Under the pieces are notes generated by a model that saw only the letters and a program-made list of their open reading frames with translations, was not told the DNA's origin and ran no database searches. From Selaginella moellendorffii (lineage: Eukaryota > Plantae > Lycopodiophyta): a stretch of 64,000 bases of DNA. Both the position numbers and the translations under genes were made by a program. Positions 57,581 to 64,000 of the stretch are shown here, piece by piece; position 1 is the stretch's first letter; each line of letters opens with the position of its first letter. The DNA lies in the NCBI RefSeq assembly GCF_000143415.4, contig NW_003314309.1, positions 322,300 to 386,299 on the forward strand, in the 5' to 3' direction.

Positions 57581-60058
57581 AATCTCATTCCTACCTCATA
57601 TTAGTGTCACATACAATCATTTTCCCCTATCATATTTTTTTTCTTCTCTCTGTTTGGCTTTTTCATGCTTTATACATGACTCTACATTTCAAACACAACA
57701 ACCATATGCAAGTGACAGCCCAGCACTACATAATGCCTAGGCAACTTGCCATATCATCTAAAGTGCCTTCTCTAGCTGCCAAACTAGCACTACCAATTTC
57801 TTGCCCTCCATCTATGCCTCAATTTTAACGGCTTTTGATACCCTTCAAAAAGTGTTATTTTTCATAAAATGGAAAACTTTGATTAAGCCTTTTAAAAGAA
57901 ATGTTGTGATGAAAAAACAATTTCAAAAAGAAAGGTATTTAATGATATCAACCTTCAAAAGAAAGGCAATGTTGTAAAAAAAATTTAACTTTTGTATGGG
58001 TTTTGAACCTTAGACTTATACAAGTAGCACTAAACTCTCATTTTGGGGTTAAATTCTCATGATACCAATAATAACAGTAGATTGGGAAGGCCCAAAAAAG
58101 ACATCAAACAATCAATTTTGGGTAATGTTATTTCCATTTTAAAAATAATTTTTCTAGGGTATTAGATCAAGCCAAAAAAGGTGGTGGGAGGGGAATGCCA
58201 TAGTTCAAAAAGGATTGGCAATTAGTTTATCTTTGACTTCTTAGAATTAGTGTTTTGGGGGGTTGTGATAGTCCAACACTATAGAATGTGAATGAGGTTT
58301 TAAAAGGCAAAACAATATTAAAACTAAAAGCTTTCAACATGCTAATGTTCTTCTCACTTTTAGCTCTTGATACTATAGATGTAAATTACCAACTTATATT
58401 TAATTTTTGGCAAGAAAAACAAAATAGGTGCATCTTGAACTTTGATTGTACTTAAAGGTTATATCAAATAAAAGCTTGCTTTTGAAACACAAAATATTTT
58501 TTAAATTTTCAAGATGAAAGGTAGATCAAAACTAAAATTTTCAAAAGAAAATAAGGTGTGCCAGGCATGCCTCCATCAAATCGACCTTGCGATGCTCTAG
58601 GAGCATGATATCGACTACCTTCAGATCAAAACAACTCCCACACACAAGCATCTTTCCACCAAGAGCTCCACGAAAAGGGGAGAGGGTTGCCACTCATGAC
58701 TCAATTGCCACCAGTGCTCAACCAACACTCGCCAACACAAGCCTTCCTATGAAGCTACTCCCCACAACCCGACTTGTACTCAACCTTGGCAAATCTACTA
58801 GATGTAGACCACACCAATGGCAACATTGCCTTTCCCTCCAAAGATTCATGCCCACCTTCTTAACCCCTAGCTTAGTGATAGTGGCCAACCTTACTCAACA
58901 TGGATTGCCTACTTGTACAAAGGAGCCATTGGTTTGGTGATTGTGAGGACAAGTAGTAGTGCCCACTCCATGAGCAACATGCCCACCAAGCCAATCCTCC
59001 CCCAAGGCAAGCATATGAGAGAGTGCCATAGCAATCTCTGCCCACCTGATGCTCCTTCATGTAAGCGACTAAATTTTCCATTCTACTTTAGTCACTTAAC
59101 CACACCTCTGACCACTTGGAGGAGTCTCATTCACAACCTCCATAAGTCCAATCCAGGACTTGGGGCTTGCTAGCCCCGAGAATGGCATCCATGCCACTCA
59201 ACATTTGCACTTGGTCCAAGTGCTCCACGTGTCCGATCCCATGACCGACACTCAAAGGTACCACCGACATAGCAGCCCGTTACGCTAAGGCCATGCCCAA
59301 TCACCTTTGCCACACTGGTAGTCCAATACCACTTGCATCACCGTCTTGGCTCTCCAAGACTAGGCAAACCATCCGTGAGTGGTCATCTCAGATCCACTCC
59401 TTAGCATCCTTAGGATGCCCACCGACAAGGGGAATAGCCTTCCCCAATATCCCTCTGTCATTCCCCACTAAGTCCCTTTCTGCCCCTGGCTGTGTTTGCC
59501 AACACTGCCATTGGATCGAGACCCACAGGCTCGACCACTAAGTCCCACGGTCCTCTGGGACTTCCTCACCACACGACTGTGTCCTTGGTCACTACCCCAG
59601 AGGACTGCTCCTCTTCCTTTCCACAGTCTGGGCCTTTGGGACAACATTTCGGAACACCGTGGCCTTACGCAAGCCACCTGGGTACTCTCCTCGCCTTTCG
59701 CCTTTAGGTGCTCTAGCCATGGGCTTAGAGCGAGGTTCCGTTGAGCCACAACAGGTGTCCAAGTAGGTAGTGCCACCCACACTTGGACTGGGAGCATCGG
59801 CCAGTCGATCTCCCGGGGGAACTAGAGCCGGCTCTCGAACACTTCACCAAGCTACCCCACTTGTCGGTCCGTGTTCACTCTAGTCTTGGACTTCCCAATG
59901 GGCAGCTCATCACCCAACACTGGGTCCGGCCTTCCTGGGCCAAACTGGCCTTTCCTGGCCAAACTGGCTCCACTGCAGTCCTCCCCCTACTATACTTTTG
60001 GAGCTCACCAAACCCCCCAGGGTCTGGGAGACGAACGCTTTGGGCTTTCACCCTCTCA

Positions 60059-60690
60059 GGCTCCGGACTCGGACTCGGACTCGGACTCGGACTCGGACTC
60101 GGACTCGGACTCGGATTCGGACTCAGACTCGGGCTCGGGCTCGGTCTCAGCCTCGGCCTCGGTCTCGGTCTCGGTCCCGATCTCGGTCTCGGTCTCGGTC
60201 TCGGTCCCGGTCTCGGTCTTGGTCTCGACTTCGGACTCCATCTCGGACTCCATCTCGGACTCCGTCTCGGACTCCATCTCGGGTCCATCTCGGGTCCATC
60301 TCGGACTCCATCTCGGACTCCATCTCGGGTCCATCTCGGACTCCATCTCGGACTCCATCTCGGACTCCATCTCGGACTCCATTTCGGGTCCATCTCGGGT
60401 CCACCTTGGACTCCATCTCGGACTCCATCTCGGGTCCATCTCGGACTCCACTTCGGACTCCAACTCGGACTCCATCTCGGGTCCATCTCGGACTCCACTT
60501 CGGACTCCAACTCGGACTCCATCTCGGGTCCATCTCGGGTCCATCTCGGACTCCACTTCGGACTCCAACTCGGGTCCATCTCGGACTCCACTTCGGACTC
60601 CAACTCGGGTCCATCTCGGACTCCACTTCGGACTCCAACTCGGGTCCATCTCGGACTCCACTTCGGACTCCAACTCGAGTCCATCTCGGA
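60059..60690. repeat. Hierarchical micro/minisatellite: (GGACTC)n and (GGTCTC)n grading to 12/11-mers and a 35-bp higher-order unit
   Basis: Directly visible. It explains the long low-complexity ORFs in several frames. Confidence 0.95.
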
Positions 60691-62432
60691 CACTCCCACG
60701 TGTCATGTGTTGGTCCTTTTGGGTCCCTTTTTGGAGCCTTGCCTTTTGCTCGCTTCGTGCTCGTTCCTCGAGCACTTCATTGGGAGTTCCACTCCCGCTC
60801 TTGACTTTTCAAGTCGGAGCTTTTGGTCCAAACGTGTTACGCTCGTTTGGCTCTCGCTTCGGCCACTACCATGTGGCGCCCTTCCAGCTCCACTTTGGGG
60901 CCTAGGGATTTTGTGTCTCACAACTCCACCACCCATAGACGAAGTTCGATGTCCTCATCGAACGGTAAACCATTTTGTAAAGTAACACTCGCGTGTGTTA
61001 CCATTTCCATCCTTGGCACTTAGCCAATATTTGTCAATGGTTTGACATTGAAGGCTCACCATGCCTTTTGCATAGGCCTCCATGGTTTGACACCAAAGGC
61101 TCACCATGCCTTGCCTATCCTCTAAGGAGGGTAGTCTCTCCAACTTAGAGATTGATTGGACCACATGTAGTGGTTCTCTCCTTTTATTGGTTTAGTCCTC
61201 GCTAAACCTCTTAGAGACCCTTCTCTAAGTCAATCCCACTACTCCTTCTCGAGTAGCCTCGATTTCCATCGATATAACCTTTGCACTTTGGAACTTTGAA
61301 ATTTGACTTCTTGGAGTCAATTTCCTAGGTGTCTCCGACACCTTGCCTTGCACCTTTTTGTGCAACTCCACTTCCCATCCTAGGAAGTTCTCTACTCGAG
61401 GGCACCATCATCCTCTCTTCTATTTCGTGCCAAAGTTCCAGTTATCATACTTTGTGCTAGGGCTGTTCATGGCCCTATCATTTGGCTACCTTACCGCTCC
61501 CTCCTTTGGAGCTTCCACTTTCGCCAAATCGGAGCATTTCGGAATCCCTCCTTGGAAACACACTTCCTTTCCCGCAACTTGTTAGCGTCCAACACATTAG
61601 TGTTCCTCGCCTAACTTTGTCACTTGGATTCCTTCCAAGGGATTCCACGGCCTTATCTTGGCCACTCATCTTTTGCTCCTATCCGTTGATTGTTGCACCA
61701 AGCAACATCGAATCTCTACCTCCCTTCTTGAGGTATTGTTTCGGTTCCATAGCAAAGACTCTTCTTTGCCAAGTCCGGAGGATGTTCACCCCTAGTACGT
61801 CTCTTTAGCATCTTCTGCTATGGGCTCTATCCACGGCCCAACTTCGTGACCCTCCCATGGGTCTTTTATAGAGACTACTTTCCTCGGACTCACTATGCCA
61901 TCGCACGGACATAGTTTATTTCCCTTAGGTGCTCTTCCCACTTGGTCATCACGACCAAGTCACACCACCTTAAATAGTTCAATTTCAACATTTTGAACTA
62001 GGAACTTCATTCCTTAGCCAACCAAGGACCTTGTCCTTATCTGGCCATAAGATCACCTAGTGATCTCACCTTGGCACCTTAACAGAGCTGCCAAGAGGTA
62101 CTTGGTCTTCTAGACCTCCAAGTTGTTGACTATAACCCCGGGGGCATCCCCCACACTTGGCGGTGCACCCAAGCCAGCCCTTACGGCCAAGGGTTCATAG
62201 CAACTGAGATTAGGTGTCCCCATCTCACTCACCACGACCTTGGTGCCACTTGCACCAAAGCGTTCAAGTTAGATATGCTGAGCTTTCACACTAAGCAATC
62301 TAACCGTGCATCACGACTCCGAGGCATCCCTCGCTTGGCGGTGTGCCCAAACCAGTCTCCCCACTGAGAGTCCATGACCACCGAAATATGAGTGTCCTCA
62401 TATTCCAAACCATCACCACGCCCTAGTGATTT

Positions 62433-62473
62433 GGGACTCGAACCCAAGCACTAGAGGGTCGGGACTCGAACCC
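62433..62473 (-). promoter_or_regulatory. Two tandem B-box/T-arm motifs GGGTTCGAGTCCC
   Basis: GGGACTCGAACCC occurs at 62433-62445 and 62461-62473. Confidence 0.55.
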
Positions 62474-64000
62474 AACCTCCGTATATGCATCTACGGACGG
62501 CATCACACAAGATGCCTGGCGTGACTCCCCACGCCGGTGCACCAACTTATTTTTAAAGCGCGCTACAGATCACAGTTTAGGAACCTAGTTCCTCCACACT
62601 GCCAAGTCCTCTCACTTGACATGTCTGTGATCATGCATGGACTCCTCCATGCTCGGCCCCATGGCCCACCCTTTTTGAAGTTATCACCTTCAACTAGGGT
62701 ATTTGTTCCCCTGACGTGCCAATCTCGCTTGGCAAGTCCTCCGACCACTGTAACATGGTTCCTGCATAAGCGTGAAAGTCCTTGACCATCGACTTTCGTT
62801 CAAAGCCCTCTCTTTGAACACTCGGGAACTACTTCCCTAACCTTGATAGCCTTGCCTCATGGCAAGCTTCAAGACCACGCTTCTGCTGCGCCACTCTGAT
62901 TTCGCGCGTTCCATGAACCATTTACACTTGGCCTTTCTAGGTACTAAGCTACCTAGAATCGTCTTTGGGAACTTTGAAGGAACTCTGTCCCTCAGCTTGC
63001 TAAGGCCTCCCTTTTTGCAAGCCTTCCAAATGCCACATAGTCTAACATGGACAATTCCATATTTTAGACTCTCCATGGCATCACGGTTGCTAGCGGCAAC
63101 ACCCTCGAGCCCCCCACTTGATTCTCCACTCCCAGCTGGCATAACCAACCTTGGTTATCCCCTTTGATTCCTACGGTTCGGTTCTATCCCCTTACTTCTT
63201 GCTTTTTGGCTTTACACCTTTCCTTTGGTCATTCTCCTCCAGACCAGGAGGATAGCTTTGCACTTTCTATCATGCTTTAGCAAGTATTCTTAGGGATGAA
63301 CCTACCCAATAGCCTAGGGAGGGGTTCCTCAATCCGGGTATGCTCACCTTATAATGCCACACACTGGGATTACATTGTTGCTTATGGGCCTTTGCATGCC
63401 CATCACTAGCCTTGCCAAAATTCCATTTTTGGCTTTGTCCAACTCGGGTAGACAGTCCTCTTCTGTCTCCGTAACCTTGGACATTTGGATAGCACCTTCT
63501 ATCCATCATTCGCTAGGGACTTAGTCCCTTGGGCTTTATCCATTGCCCTCGCGACATCAAACACCACCTTCTGGTGTTTTAGAGTGTTTGGGTGTCCCAA
63601 TGATGGCTTTTTTGACAATGAGTATTTCCTTTTATGACATTGACTTACTATATCGCAACACAGGCAACTTATCCCCCGTAAGGGTGTATCCGACTTCCCT
63701 ATGCTATTAAGAAGTCTTGGGTAGCTACCTTCTACCCGTTCAACCAGCTATTTTGCACCTCTTGCTTAGTTGCCTCATAGTTGTCAAGTCCTACAACTCA
63801 TTGTTTGGTGCTTTCACACCTCCATCATTATCTGGGTCACCACACTCCAACTGCATGCTCTGCAGCTTAGGCTATGCCATTCCCATTTCCATTGGGATTC
63901 CTTTGGCAAGGGGTTCTCATGAACCCACCAACATAGCCTCAAGGTATCACACCTTGGCACATTTGGTGTCTCCACACCATCGGCTCCACGAGCCTACCTC

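Larger units (their letters stand above)
58560..64000 (-). mobile_element. Degenerate Ty3/gypsy-like LTR retrotransposon sequence (gag/protease-like and integrase-tail-like remnants)
   Basis: Abrupt GC rise. Remnants include YLDTCCGS / MDAILG..DW (protease-like), VEGDNFKK..W.SP.MI...S..TW (GPY/F-like integrase tail) and a PBS-like TGGTGCACCGGC at 62544-62533. Many stops and frameshifts. Confidence 0.5.

Noticed and set aside
58050-58070. Minus-strand PBS-like TGGTATCATGAG
   Set aside because: Imperfect match with no identifiable LTR or adjacent gag.
60230-60690. CRISPR-like regular repeats
   Set aside because: No unique spacers and no cas genes, in a eukaryotic context. It is a minisatellite.
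59783-60985. Long ORFs of 160-400 aa in several frames
   Set aside because: They arise from a stop-free GGACTC-derived satellite and are low-complexity artefacts, not independent genes.

Overview
Eukaryotic, intron-rich land-plant nuclear DNA. The very short introns (mostly ~45-70 nt), tiny intergenic spacers, telo-box promoters, Crinkler-like gene and axonemal-type beta-tubulin suggest a lycophyte such as Selaginella; this is inference, not proof. Positions 1-48.6 kb are gene-dense, with about 19 multi-exon genes: NIC2-like isochorismatase, CDKAL1-type tRNA methylthiotransferase, SET/MYND ASHR1-like, Crinkler-like REase-kinase with a premature stop, Gfo/Idh/MocA oxidoreductase, PMT methyltransferase, RING-H2, STP sugar transporter, CYP716-like P450, ankyrin ACBP, pinin, GT47 exostosin, GGTase-I beta, a short cryptochrome, two SWEETs, an SKU5-like oxidase, RecQ4-like helicase and beta-tubulin. 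AT-rich repeat islands interrupt this block at about 6.5-8.2, 11.5-12.7 and 33.3-35.3 kb. From about 49.8 kb to the end the window is decayed transposon DNA, ending in a degenerate Ty3/gypsy-like element with a hierarchical micro/minisatellite. Highlights: (1) both SWEETs replace the two normally invariant sugar-binding Asn residues in the same way (TM3 N->S/C with G->Q; TM7 PN->SE/AE), suggesting a non-sugar SWEET clade; (2) a small dispersed element with Helentron/Helitron2-like ends, a similar end motif abutting a tRNA broken at its anticodon loop; (3) a Crinkler-type nuclease-kinase; (4) extreme gene packing, with ATGs 43 bp apart and stops 11 bp apart. Exon boundaries were read by eye, and gene coordinates span start to stop including introns.
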